64,000 bases of DNA from a virus (Duplodnaviria > Heunggongvirae > Uroviricota > Caudoviricetes), in the IMG/VR virus record IMGVR_UViG_3300037852_000247, positions 1 through 64,000 of that record, one strand, 5' to 3'. Under the pieces are notes generated by a model that worked only from the letters and a program-made list of their open reading frames with translations, had not been told where the DNA came from and ran no database searches. Numbering within the stretch: position 1 is the first letter of the stretch; each line of letters begins with the position of its first letter. Position numbers and translations under genes: made by a program. This document shows positions 26,174-35,284 of the stretch, piece by piece.

Positions 26174-27177
26174 GCGGCAAGCAGCCGATCCCGGTATTGC
26201 TTGAGCATCTTGGCGTAGCTGTTGATGCCCTTGACGTGGAAGTTGAGCACCGCGTCCCAGTCGCCCGCAAGCGCAGACTTCTCAAGCTGGTCGAACCGCT
26301 TTTGGTATTGCAGCTGATTCGCCTTTGAAGTGATGATCGGCTTGGCGGGCATCTCGCCCCGCGCGGCCATGGCGTCGAGTTGGGTGTTCTTGCTCGGCTT
26401 GCGGTCGCCCGACGGCGCGGCCCGCGGCTTGCGCTCGGGCTTTGCCGCTGGCGCAATAGTCGACATATCCGGGGTCCAGCTCGCCCACTCCTCATCCGTT
26501 GCCAGCGTCAGGTTCCTGAACTCGAACATCGCCGACGGCGTTCGCGGTGCGGCGGCAGTGAGGTGCACGCGGACATGCCGGGCGTCGACCCGATAGTCGA
26601 CAACGCCGAGGCTCCTCTTACGCTTGCCGACTTGCACAATGACCTGAGTGCCGGGCGGGAAACGGTCGGGCATATCTCCCTCTCCATCCGAAGGGGTGGT
26701 GATCGGTTCCGCAGGGGCTTCTGCGGCATCATCAGATTCGCGCTCTTCCTCTGCAGTAGCAAGATCTGCTTCAGTCTCGACGGGCCCGGCCATCTTCTGC
26801 CGGCGCGCGGCATCGGCAGCCAAAAGTCGATCGCGATAACCGAGAGGGTTCTCCGCCTCGGCGGCTTCGAACTCCCGGGCGAGGCCGACGCCAATACCGA
26901 ATCCCCTTCTATAAGCGAGATTCGGGCCGACGAATTCGGCGGTCGACGTCGCAATCTCCTCCTCGACCCACTCGGTGGTGGGGACTTCCTCCGTGCCCCC
27001 TTTGCGATGCCAGCTGATTTCAAACCGGCCGCTCGGGCGCTCCTTAATGCCGTAATCAATGCTCGGCGCCGTGCCGTCGGCGATTGCCTTCTCGGCGGCG
27101 CGCTTCGCGTTCGAGCGAGACGAAAACGTCGTTTCCTTTGGTGCTTTAGCCACGCTCAATTCCTCTCGTTCAACCAC
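26137..27177 (-). CDS. Hypothetical acidic protein (convergent to methyltransferase)
   Basis: 346-aa minus-strand ORF with Glu/Asp/Ala-rich segments. The reading frame looks protein-like, but the start is uncertain. Confidence 0.4.
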   Translation of the reverse strand: MVEREELSVAKAPKETTFSSRSNAKRAAEKAIADGTAPSIDYGIKERPSGRFEISWHRKGGTEEVPTTEWVEEEIATSTAEFVGPNLAYRRGFGIGVGLAREFEAAEAENPLGYRDRLLAADAARRQKMAGPVETEADLATAEEERESDDAAEAPAEPITTPSDGEGDMPDRFPPGTQVIVQVGKRKRSLGVVDYRVDARHVRVHLTAAAPRTPSAMFEFRNLTLATDEEWASWTPDMSTIAPAAKPERKPRAAPSGDRKPSKNTQLDAMAARGEMPAKPIITSKANQLQYQKRFDQLEKSALAGDWDAVLNFHVKGINSYAKMLKQYRDRLLAAHAASAASDVAA

Positions 27178-27383
27178 TTGCGCATAAAGGCAGCTTGGTT
27201 CGCAGTCAGCTTGCCAGCCTTCAAATCCCGTTCAATCTTCGCGAGTGTCATCTCACTCTCCACTCCATTGGTTTCTCCTATTGACGACAGCCCCACAGAC
27301 GCTCCGCGTGGCGCGGAAGTCCACTGGAATTTTCGTCGGCCGCCTGTGTCATAGTCTAGCGTGCGAGTGGCGTCTTTTTTCAT
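27156..27383 (-). CDS. Hypothetical small protein
   Basis: 75-aa ORF. Its C-terminus reads KLTANQAAFMRKWLNERN. Confidence 0.3.
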   Translation of the reverse strand: MKKDATRTLDYDTGGRRKFQWTSAPRGASVGLSSIGETNGVESEMTLAKIERDLKAGKLTANQAAFMRKWLNERN

Positions 27384-27607
27384 TCACTTGCCTCCGGGCA
27401 CCACTCCTCGTGTGGCCCGGTGTCATCATCGGACATTCCCCCACATTCTGGGCATGCTTCTGCCGTGATTAGCTTCAACGCGAGCTTTGACAGTCTTCTG
27501 ATGTCAAACCCCAACACGTCGCCATCCTGACAAAGTGGCGCAGCACACATGCAGATTTTTCTTTGCGGTCGATTAGCGACTTTTTGAAACGACGCAATGG
27601 AATTTGA

Positions 27608-28171
27608 ATGGCGCGAGGCGGAGCGCGATCCGGTGCTGGGCGCCCAAAGCAATCGGCTACCCCGAAAGCTGGCGCGCCGAGAGGCGGAGCGCGGGAAGGC
27701 GCGGGCCGGCCAATGAGCAAGAAATTCGCGCCCACAGCCGACCAACGCGGCAATGTCGAGGCAATGAGCGGCTTCGGTATTTCCCAGGAAGAAATCTGCC
27801 GAGTGATCATCAATCCCGAAACCGGCAAGCCGATCGACAGGAAGACCCTGGAGCTGCATTTCTCCGACGAGATCGAAACCGGCTACATCAAAGCCAATGC
27901 CACAGTCGGCCGCATAGCCTACGCCACGATCACCGCCGCCCCCGGCGGCATCCCAGACAACCACGGCCGCGTCGAGCTCACCAAATTTTGGCTGGCCAGG
28001 CGAATGGGTTGGAAAGAGACCAACGTGCACGAGCACAAAAGCGAGATTGACAGTGCTTCCTCAGCTCGAGAAGTTGTCACGGGCCTCATCGCTCGCCTCT
28101 CTTCTGCCCGAAGAGCAGGCAGCGGTAATAGCTCAGATGACGGATCGGGAACTGGAGGAACTCCGGTATGA
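27608..28171 (+). CDS. terS: Terminase small subunit (P27-like)
   Basis: The MARGGARSGAGRPK N-terminal motif is typical of P27-family small terminases. Sits immediately upstream of terL. Confidence 0.65.
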   Translation: MARGGARSGAGRPKQSATPKAGAPRGGAREGAGRPMSKKFAPTADQRGNVEAMSGFGISQEEICRVIINPETGKPIDRKTLELHFSDEIETGYIKANATVGRIAYATITAAPGGIPDNHGRVELTKFWLARRMGWKETNVHEHKSEIDSASSAREVVTGLIARLSSARRAGSGNSSDDGSGTGGTPV

Positions 28172-29567
28172 ATGGCCCTACTGGGCGCGAGATGAGCAGC
28201 TCCAGCCTGCGGGCGACTGGCGAGTCTGGCTCTATCTTGCAGGACGAGGTTCGGGCAAGACTCGGAGCGGCGCCGAATGGGTCCGCGCCCAAGTCGCCGC
28301 CGGCCGTCGTCGCATCGCCCTGGTCGCCCCGACGGCGGCCGATGCGCGCGACGTTATCGTCGAAGGTGAAAGCGGCATCCTTGCAGTTTCTCCGGCCGTA
28401 GACCGACCGCACTACGAGCCGTCCAAGCGGCGGCTGACCTGGCCCAACGGCGCGATCGCCACGACGTTCTCGGCCGACGAACCGGAGCGGCTCCGCGGCC
28501 CGCAGCACGACGCCGCCTGGTGCGACGAGTTGGGGGCCTGGCGGTACCCCGAGGCCTGGGACATGCTGATGTTCGGGTTGCGCCTCGGCGACGACCCGCG
28601 GGTCATGGTCACCACCACACCAAGGCCGACCAAGCTCATCAAAGACCTCGTCGCCGATCCCACCGTCGCCATCAGCCGCGGCAGCACATACGAGAACCGC
28701 GCCAATCTAGCCGGCGCGTTCCTCCAGCAGATCGTCAAGAAATACGAGGGCACCCGCCTCGGCCGCCAGGAGCTCAACGCCGAGCTGCTCGACGACGTGC
28801 CGGGCGCGCTGTGGAACCGCGCCCTCCTCGAGGCGGCGCGGCCGCCCATCGGATTCGTGCTTCCCGATCTGGTGCGCGTCGTTGTCGCCATCGATCCGGC
28901 GGTGAGCTCGGGCGAGGATTCCGACGAGACCGGCATCATCGTCGCCGGCAAGGATAAGAACAGCCGCGGCTATGTATTGGCCGACCTTTCGGGGCGTTAC
29001 ACGCCGATCGAATGGGCCCGCATCGCCGTCGCCGCCTATAAGAACCACGGTGCCGACAGGATCGTCGCCGAGGTCAACAACGGCGGCGAGATGGTCGAGG
29101 CCACGCTCCGCGTCGTCGACGACAACGTCGCTTATACCGCAGTGCACGCGACCCGCGGCAAGGTGGTGCGCGCCGAGCCGGTCTCGGCGCTCTACGAACA
29201 GGGCCGCATCCGGCATATGGGCGCGTTCACCGTGCTCGAAGATCAGATGTGCGAGTTCACGCCGGACCTCGACCGCTCGAAGCCAAAGCGCGATCCGATG
29301 GACCCATCGAGCCTCGGCATGGGCGGCGCTCGCTCCTCGCCGGACCGCGCCGATGCGCTGGTGTGGGCCTTCACCGAGATCCTCGTCGAGGAGATCGCCT
29401 CCTGGGGCATCTACGAAGTCACCCGGCGCAAGGCCGAGGCTCTGGTCAAAGAGCGGCTGGCGGCGGTGGAGGCAGGTCGGCCCAAGTCGGAGCCCGCGCC
29501 CGGATCCCAGGAATACCAAGCACTCCATCCGGAGTGGAAGCCGCAGGACGGGGGGGAGTCCTATTGA
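28047..29567 (+). CDS. terL: Terminase large subunit
   Basis: Walker A YLAGRGSGKTRSGAEW, ATPase core motif WCDELGAW, and a nuclease-domain acidic region. The true start is probably the internal Met at 28137. Confidence 0.85.
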   Translation: MTVLPQLEKLSRASSLASLLPEEQAAVIAQMTDRELEELRYEWPYWARDEQLQPAGDWRVWLYLAGRGSGKTRSGAEWVRAQVAAGRRRIALVAPTAADARDVIVEGESGILAVSPAVDRPHYEPSKRRLTWPNGAIATTFSADEPERLRGPQHDAAWCDELGAWRYPEAWDMLMFGLRLGDDPRVMVTTTPRPTKLIKDLVADPTVAISRGSTYENRANLAGAFLQQIVKKYEGTRLGRQELNAELLDDVPGALWNRALLEAARPPIGFVLPDLVRVVVAIDPAVSSGEDSDETGIIVAGKDKNSRGYVLADLSGRYTPIEWARIAVAAYKNHGADRIVAEVNNGGEMVEATLRVVDDNVAYTAVHATRGKVVRAEPVSALYEQGRIRHMGAFTVLEDQMCEFTPDLDRSKPKRDPMDPSSLGMGGARSSPDRADALVWAFTEILVEEIASWGIYEVTRRKAEALVKERLAAVEAGRPKSEPAPGSQEYQALHPEWKPQDGGESY

Positions 29568-29773
29568 TCCGCAGGTGGCCCCCGGTCATCGCCGAATCCC
29601 ATCGCCTTGTAGCAGTCATCGCACACCATGCCGCACTCGTCTTCACTAAAGCCCTGAAAGGTTTCGGCTAGCTCAGCACTAGCTTCCTCATCCGACCAAC
29701 CCTTATCGAATACACCTTCGCATACCTCACAGCGGTATTGGTTTGGACCAACGACTATTTTTCCGTCCGTCAT
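29561..29773 (-). CDS. Small zinc-ribbon protein
   Basis: MTDGKIVVGPNQYRCEVCEGVFDKGW...CGMVCDDCYKAMGF. Lies between two copies of the terL 3' end. Confidence 0.4.
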   Translation of the reverse strand: MTDGKIVVGPNQYRCEVCEGVFDKGWSDEEASAELAETFQGFSEDECGMVCDDCYKAMGFGDDRGPPADQ

Positions 29774-29786
29774 GTGTATCTCCCGT

Positions 29787-29993
29787 TCACTGGTTGGAAG
29801 TCCGAGCCGGCTGGATCTCAAGAATACCAGGCGCTGCATCCGGAATGGAAGCCACAGGATGGCGGGGAGTCCTATTGACGACTGTTGCCTTCGGGCACCA
29901 CTCCTCATGTGGCCCGGTGTCATCGTCGGGCAGTCCGCCGCATTCCGGGCAAATTAATTCTTCAGGCTCATAATCCTGACAGCCGCAAATCAT
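29787..29993 (-). CDS. Small Cys-rich protein
   Basis: MICGCQDYEPEELICPECGGLPDDDTGPHEEWCPKAT. A C-terminal fragment of a paralog is encoded at 27385-27470. Confidence 0.4.
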   Translation of the reverse strand: MICGCQDYEPEELICPECGGLPDDDTGPHEEWCPKATVVNRTPRHPVASIPDAAPGILEIQPARTSNQ

Positions 29994-30157
29994 TGGAGTG
30001 CCTCTCGCAAGGCGTCGGAATTGCGAACCCGGGTGACGTAGGCGATGGCAGCGGTGAAGTGCCGATTGCTGGTGCCGCCCGCGATCATGTTTACGAGTTC
30101 GAGAAACAGCTTGTTCATAGTGTCACCTCCTCGCGAATCCCGTCGATGTTGATGTGG

Positions 30158-30310
30158 TCACGACGCGAGGGCCAACGCAGTGATAAACGCGGCCCATGAG
30201 ACTCCAGCAGCCGCACAGAGGCGCCAGCCGCCGAGAGCCATTCCCACGCCACCAAAGAAGACTCCGCCTATAAAGCCGATCATTGAAAGGAGCGTCTGAT
30301 ATACCGTCAT
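30158..30310 (-). CDS. Small membrane protein
   Basis: MTVYQTLLSMIGFIGGVFFGGVGMALGGWRLCAAAGVSWAAFITALALAS, two TM helices. Confidence 0.3.
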   Translation of the reverse strand: MTVYQTLLSMIGFIGGVFFGGVGMALGGWRLCAAAGVSWAAFITALALAS

Positions 30311-30448
30311 TAATTCCTCCTCGCTTTGGTTAGCTCCTGCTCTTTCGTCGTTCGCTTCTGAAGACAAGATAATGCGACTGTCGCACACATGCAAGCGGTA
30401 AAGACGACCTAGCTTGCGATTGTCGCGTATGAGCCCCACATATGCTGC

Positions 30449-30688
30449 ATGACGGCGGCGGAACTCGTTGCGCTTCGTGAGCGCCTCGGTTGGTCAAAGC
30501 GCGAAACGGCGCGGCGGCTCGATATTTCGGTCTCGCGCCTAGCCGATTACGAGGCTGGTCAGACGCGCGGCCCGCAGACGAGACCGGCACCAATCCCTAG
30601 AGTCGTCGAGCTCGCATTGTGGGCCTTGGAGCACGGCGCACCGCTTTCCTTTATGAGATCACGCGACGATGGCGGGAAGAGCGGCTGA
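30449..30688 (+). CDS. XRE-family HTH regulator
   Basis: LVALRERLGWSKRETARRLDISVSRLADYEAG. Confidence 0.6.
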   Translation: MTAAELVALRERLGWSKRETARRLDISVSRLADYEAGQTRGPQTRPAPIPRVVELALWALEHGAPLSFMRSRDDGGKSG

Positions 30689-30899
30689 CGACTTCGCGGC
30701 GATCCGCGCCGCGACGATGCGCCTCAAGTTCGAGCGGTTCGGCTGCAATGTCAGGAAGGGCCTGTCACCCAGCGACTGCTGGTGCTACCACGGCGCGGCT
30801 GACGGCAGCACGCCCAGCGACTGCTGGTGCTATCGGGCCGCCGTCGATGGCTCTACTCCTCCTTGTCCGCAGCCTGAAACTGAAGCGAAGGTTGTTTAG
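30669..30899 (+). CDS. Hypothetical protein with 16-aa tandem repeat
   Basis: SPSDCWCYHGAADGST / PSDCWCYRAAVDGSTP. About 48-bp tandem DNA repeat at 30760-30860. Confidence 0.35.
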   Translation: MAGRAADDFAAIRAATMRLKFERFGCNVRKGLSPSDCWCYHGAADGSTPSDCWCYRAAVDGSTPPCPQPETEAKVV

Positions 30900-30918
30900 G
30901 CTGGACCACCTGCTCGCA

Positions 30919-31212
30919 TTATTGCCACATGCCCAAATGTTTCTGTGCGTTGTTCAAATCTTTTTGTTTTTCAGCAACTCCTTGGTTTATACTGTCAAGT
31001 CGCACCTTCCAATATTCTTGCATGCATATTTTGACTTGATCTGGAGATAATTCTGTCCACATAGGATAATGTTTAGTGTTACTATCCCCATTGGGGTAAT
31101 AGTAAGATTCACCCTTAGAGTTCCAGTAAGGACATGGTTCAGTGACATCATTGGCATGAACCGAAGATCCACACAGCATACCAAGCACTGAACAAACCAA
31201 CCGAATTTTCAT
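30919..31212 (-). CDS. Secreted protein encoded on a low-GC moron
   Basis: Signal peptide MKIRLVCSVLGMLCGSSVHA. The surrounding 30.9-31.26 kb is markedly AT-rich compared with its flanks. Confidence 0.5.
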   Translation of the reverse strand: MKIRLVCSVLGMLCGSSVHANDVTEPCPYWNSKGESYYYPNGDSNTKHYPMWTELSPDQVKICMQEYWKVRLDSINQGVAEKQKDLNNAQKHLGMWQ

Positions 31213-31266
31213 AACCTTATTCCCCTTACATTGCCTCTAACCTACCACATTTCCGAGGGGTAGCCC

Positions 31267-33042
31267 ATGCCCGCACCCGGCACCGGCGGCGTCCAGACAT
31301 CGCTGGTCGGCACCGTGCAAGGCATGATGGCGCGCGCGCGAGCCGCGTTCCGCGGCAAGCCGACGCCGGGCGCAACGATCCAAAGTCCAGGCGTCAACCC
31401 GCCGGACCTGACGCAGTTTAGCGATACCTTTGAGCCGTCGGGTGGTCTGTTCGCTCCCGGCTATCCGCTGCCACCGGTCGAGCCTGAACGGCTGCGCGCG
31501 CTCGACTATCCCGTCGGGTACAACTACATCTACACGCCGCGCTCATACGAACCCATTGGGTTCGCCGAATTGCGCGCGCTGGCGCAAAACCACGACATCA
31601 CCCGGCTCTGCATTGAGACACGCAAGGATCAGATCGAGGCCCTCCAGTGGTCGATCAAACCGCGGGATGAGCGCAACCCGAAAGCTGGCGCCGAGAAGCG
31701 GTCCGACGCGCTGACCGAGTTTTGGATGTGCCCCGACGGCAACAACGACTTTGCGACTTGGCTCCGGATTTTACTCGAAGACGTGCTCGTACTTGATGCG
31801 GCAACACTGGAGGTCCGCAAAAATCGCGGAGGCGACATCATTGCGCTGGACATTATTGACGGCAGCACGATCAAGGTGCTGATCGACACCACTGGGCGCC
31901 GGCCCGCTCCTCCCGCACCTGCCTTTGAGCAGATCATCCATGGCCGGCCTTGGGTGCTCACCGAGGATGGCCGCGTCAGCACCAATGCCAAAGCAGACCG
32001 TTCGATCTTCGCCGACCAGCTTATTTACGTGCCGCGCAATCCGCGGCCACACAAGTTGTACGGCTATTCTCCTGTCGAGCAGATCATGCTCACGATCAAT
32101 ATCGGTATTCGCAGGCAGATTATGCAGTTGCAACATTTCACGGAGGGCAATCTACCGCCGGGAATGGCTACGGGCGCAAAAGATTGGAGCCCGGATCAAA
32201 CTGCGAAATACCAGGAGTGGTTTGATTCATATTACGCCGGCAATACCGGCAACCGGACGAAAATGATCTGGGGGCCGGCCGAGGCGAAATACATTCCATT
32301 CAAGGAAGCGCCGTACAAAGACGATTTCGACGAGTGGCTGACGCGCGTCGTGTGTTACGCCTTTTCATTGCCGCCATCCTGGGCTGTAAAACAGATGAAC
32401 CGCGCAACCGCGGGTACAGCGCAAGAAGTTGCGATCGAAGAAGGACTTGCCCCAATAATGGGGTACGTCAAGCGGATGATCGACAACGTCATCCAGCGCC
32501 GCATGGGCAACCCCGACCTCGAGTTCTCCTGGAAAGACGAGCGACCGGTCGACCCGGCAGACCAGGCGAAAATCTTCGACATTTACATCAAGAACGGGAC
32601 TTACGTGCAGGACGAGGTGCGCGACAAGCTGGGCGATGACCCGCTCCCCGATGGCGTCGGTGCCCAGCCGATGATTATCACCGCGAGCGGTCCGGTCCTG
32701 CTGAAAAATCTCGAGGCGCTGGGCGAGTTGAGTTTGAACCCACCCCAGCCGACGCTAACGCCGAGCTCGGGCCCGGCGGCCGGCAAAGGTGGGCCCGAGG
32801 GCAAGGCGGCGCCTCGAAAGGGCGCTGCCAAACCCTCCGGAAAAACCCCGGCCAAGAGCAAAGCGAATGGAAAGACCGCCGCCAGCCTCGGCCAGCCTAT
32901 CGGACGTGATCAAGGTTACGCGCCAGCCGACCCTCCACGCGGCGCAGAAGCGGTTCGCCTCGCGATTGCACGCCTTGCTACGCGACCTGGCGCACCAGAC
33001 GGCGCGGGCACTCGGCCCGCAGATCAGGCTCCACGGCCGTAG
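31267..33042 (+). CDS. Phage portal protein
   Basis: 591 aa, directly downstream of the terminase. Conserved portal-like core (YNYIYTPRSYEPIGFAELRALAQNHDITRLCIETRKDQI...). Low-complexity K/A/P-rich C-terminus. Confidence 0.7.
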   Translation: MPAPGTGGVQTSLVGTVQGMMARARAAFRGKPTPGATIQSPGVNPPDLTQFSDTFEPSGGLFAPGYPLPPVEPERLRALDYPVGYNYIYTPRSYEPIGFAELRALAQNHDITRLCIETRKDQIEALQWSIKPRDERNPKAGAEKRSDALTEFWMCPDGNNDFATWLRILLEDVLVLDAATLEVRKNRGGDIIALDIIDGSTIKVLIDTTGRRPAPPAPAFEQIIHGRPWVLTEDGRVSTNAKADRSIFADQLIYVPRNPRPHKLYGYSPVEQIMLTINIGIRRQIMQLQHFTEGNLPPGMATGAKDWSPDQTAKYQEWFDSYYAGNTGNRTKMIWGPAEAKYIPFKEAPYKDDFDEWLTRVVCYAFSLPPSWAVKQMNRATAGTAQEVAIEEGLAPIMGYVKRMIDNVIQRRMGNPDLEFSWKDERPVDPADQAKIFDIYIKNGTYVQDEVRDKLGDDPLPDGVGAQPMIITASGPVLLKNLEALGELSLNPPQPTLTPSSGPAAGKGGPEGKAAPRKGAAKPSGKTPAKSKANGKTAASLGQPIGRDQGYAPADPPRGAEAVRLAIARLATRPGAPDGAGTRPADQAPRP

Positions 33043-33907
33043 CGCGACCAAGACCGCGTCACTTTTTGCCGCCTCATTTGAGGACGCAAAAAGTGACGCG
33101 CTCGGGAAGGCCGACGACGATCCTGTCCACCCTTTACCAGGTACTTTCCCAAGTACCGACGATGACGACGAGGATGACGACGACGAGGACGACGACGCGG
33201 TCGCTCAGCAGCGGCGGCACGATGGCTTCCTCGCGACGGCCGCGCTGATCCTTGCCGGCGCCCCGATCGGCGACTGGCAGACCCTACGCACGCCGGCGAC
33301 CGAGGAGCTCGAAGAGACTTACGCCGGCAGCGCTCGCGGGACCCTCAGGCTGCTCGGGTTCGACGGGCCGGACACGACGGTCAACCAGGCGCGCGAGCAG
33401 TTCAGCTTGCCGCCGGTCGACGAGCCCGCCGACGACCAGCTGGCCTCGGCGATCGGCGACCAAATGGACCGCGCGGCCGCGGCCTGGGCGCGCGAGAACG
33501 CCGGCGAGCTCGTCGGCCAGCTCGAGGAGTCGACCCGCGGCATGCTTGCCGAGGACGTCGCCCAGGCCATCGAAGAGGGCTGGACCGATGCCCAGCTTGC
33601 CGAACACCTTGCGGACAACTACGCCTTCAGCGAGACTCGGGCCGAGCGCATCGCACAAAACGAGCTCGCCGTCGCCAAGCGGGCGGGCGAGCGGATCGCG
33701 ATCGGCGAAAGCAATGTCGCCACCGGCTACGTCTGGGTAACCGCGGGCGATGACCAGGTCGAGGATGATTGTCTGGAAAACGAGGACGCCAGCCCGATCG
33801 ATATCGACGAAGAGTTCCCGAATGGGGACGATCCACATGTTGGGTGTAGATGCTCGATCGCGCCCTGGTTAGAGCCGCTCGACGACAGTGAGGATGAAGA
33901 CGAATGA
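32789..33907 (+). CDS. Head morphogenesis protein (Mu gpF / SPP1 gp7 family)
   Basis: C-terminal signature ERIAQNELAVAKRAGERIAIGESNVATGYVWVTAGDDQVEDDCLENEDASPIDIDEEFPNGDDPHVGCRCSI. The start is uncertain. Overlaps the portal ORF by ~250 nt in another frame. Confidence 0.7.
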   Translation: MGPRARRRLERALPNPPEKPRPRAKRMERPPPASASLSDVIKVTRQPTLHAAQKRFASRLHALLRDLAHQTARALGPQIRLHGRSATKTASLFAASFEDAKSDALGKADDDPVHPLPGTFPSTDDDDEDDDDEDDDAVAQQRRHDGFLATAALILAGAPIGDWQTLRTPATEELEETYAGSARGTLRLLGFDGPDTTVNQAREQFSLPPVDEPADDQLASAIGDQMDRAAAAWARENAGELVGQLEESTRGMLAEDVAQAIEEGWTDAQLAEHLADNYAFSETRAERIAQNELAVAKRAGERIAIGESNVATGYVWVTAGDDQVEDDCLENEDASPIDIDEEFPNGDDPHVGCRCSIAPWLEPLDDSEDEDE

Positions 33908-34085
33908 TCGGCAGATTCCTTTGCTGGCTTGGCTGGCATCAGACTCAGTGGGTTTCCGCTAATAATGTTTGGTTCTTTGAGCAGTGCACTCGTCCCGGCT
34001 GTATTTGGCGAAGTCGACCGTTCGCTCCTACCATCGGCGGTCTTGTGATAAGGCCAAACGGACTAAAATCCCCACTGGAGAAATC

Positions 34086-34673
34086 ATGACGACATTCACG
34101 ATCGGGCTCGGCGAGACCATCGTCATCCCCGCGCGCACGGTCGAGGAGCATCTCCACGACCTGCGGCGCACGCGTGGGCTTGCGGCGACCAACCACCTGA
34201 AGAACGGCGACAAGGCGAAGATCCTGCGTGCCTATGCGAAACCGCCCGGTCAGTCCTGTATTTCGATCGAGGTTTCGGACACCCAAGTCAAAGTTATCGC
34301 GATGGTGCTGCAGCATAAGGATCAGGATGGCAATGTCCTCGACCCGCCGTTAGACGTGACCGAGCGTGGGTACGCCGTCGTCGACATCATCGACGAGATC
34401 AGCGAGCCCTGGGGCGACGACCACGATATCTACGTCGTGCGCCAGCCCCAGCTCAAGGCACCGGCAACGGGGCATGTGACGCATTCTGACCCTCCTGGCC
34501 TTGGCGATGGGCCAAATCTCGTCGAATTAGCGAGAGATGCTAGCGACGAGAAAGTCAACAAACTCTTCGATCAGATCGAGGCTGACAACGCCGGTGCGCC
34601 AGTTAAGGAGGCAGCGCCGGCGGCCGCCAAAGCGACCGCGCCAGCGCCGATCGAGGTCAAGGCCGATCTGTAG
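34086..34673 (+). CDS. Hypothetical head-associated protein (scaffold/decoration candidate)
   Basis: 195 aa, acidic, with an Ala/Pro-rich tail. The 3' end is tandemly duplicated at 34644-34718. Confidence 0.4.
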   Translation: MTTFTIGLGETIVIPARTVEEHLHDLRRTRGLAATNHLKNGDKAKILRAYAKPPGQSCISIEVSDTQVKVIAMVLQHKDQDGNVLDPPLDVTERGYAVVDIIDEISEPWGDDHDIYVVRQPQLKAPATGHVTHSDPPGLGDGPNLVELARDASDEKVNKLFDQIEADNAGAPVKEAAPAAAKATAPAPIEVKADL

Positions 34674-34684
34674 GCCACTCTTCG

Positions 34685-34918
34685 CTAACGCCGATCGAGG
34701 TCAAGGCCGATCTGTAGTCTTATCAATGCCTCGCCGGGTATAGCGTTTCGCGTCTTCCGAATTCTCTTAACAAGCCGATATGAGCCGTAGCCTACGAGGG
34801 ACCAGAAGATAATCGGAGTGCCAAGAAGCAGCATCCCAGCCCAAGCCGGGATATCGAATCCGTCCATTTTCGGTTCGCCGCTCACCGCGGCGTCAATTTC
34901 CAACGTCTCATCGCTCAT
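34685..34918 (-). CDS. Small membrane protein (moron)
   Basis: Hydrophobic helix GMLLLGTPIIFWSLVGYG. Lower-GC patch. Confidence 0.35.
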   Translation of the reverse strand: MSDETLEIDAAVSGEPKMDGFDIPAWAGMLLLGTPIIFWSLVGYGSYRLVKRIRKTRNAIPGEALIRLQIGLDLDRR

Positions 34919-34942
34919 TGGCTGGCTCTCTCGTCATTGTGA

Positions 34943-35236
34943 TCAAGGGGCTCCCCTAAGCTTGGGGTTAGGGCCGAGTCCGCTAGGCCCTGTTATACCG
35001 TAAGGTGCTATATCGTCTTCTGGCAGTATGACTTGTTGGCCGTCTCGTTTGAGTATCACAAGATTACCGTTCCTAAGATCCGTGACTACACTAGCGAGCT
35101 CCAATGGCTGGCCTGCTTTATCGCCAGTTAGAGTTTGCCAAGGCATGCTTGGATTCAGGTTCTCAGAAGGGATTAGTACTTCGTATCCCGCTGGCCAAGG
35201 TTTCCATCCGCATTTTGGGCAAGTCATCGTTATCAT
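34943..35236 (-). CDS. Hypothetical protein (moron)
   Basis: Lower-GC minus-strand gene inside a rightward structural operon. Confidence 0.35.
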   Translation of the reverse strand: MITMTCPKCGWKPWPAGYEVLIPSENLNPSMPWQTLTGDKAGQPLELASVVTDLRNGNLVILKRDGQQVILPEDDIAPYGITGPSGLGPNPKLRGAP

Positions 35237-35284
35237 TAGCCAGACGCCTTTCGCTCCAGTTGTCCCGTTGAAGGATATTACACC

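Noticed and set aside
27380-28036. 218-aa minus-strand ORF overlapping terS.
   Set aside because: A shadow ORF antisense to a well-supported terminase small subunit. Only its extreme 3' portion (27385-27470) resembles the Cys-rich protein paralog.
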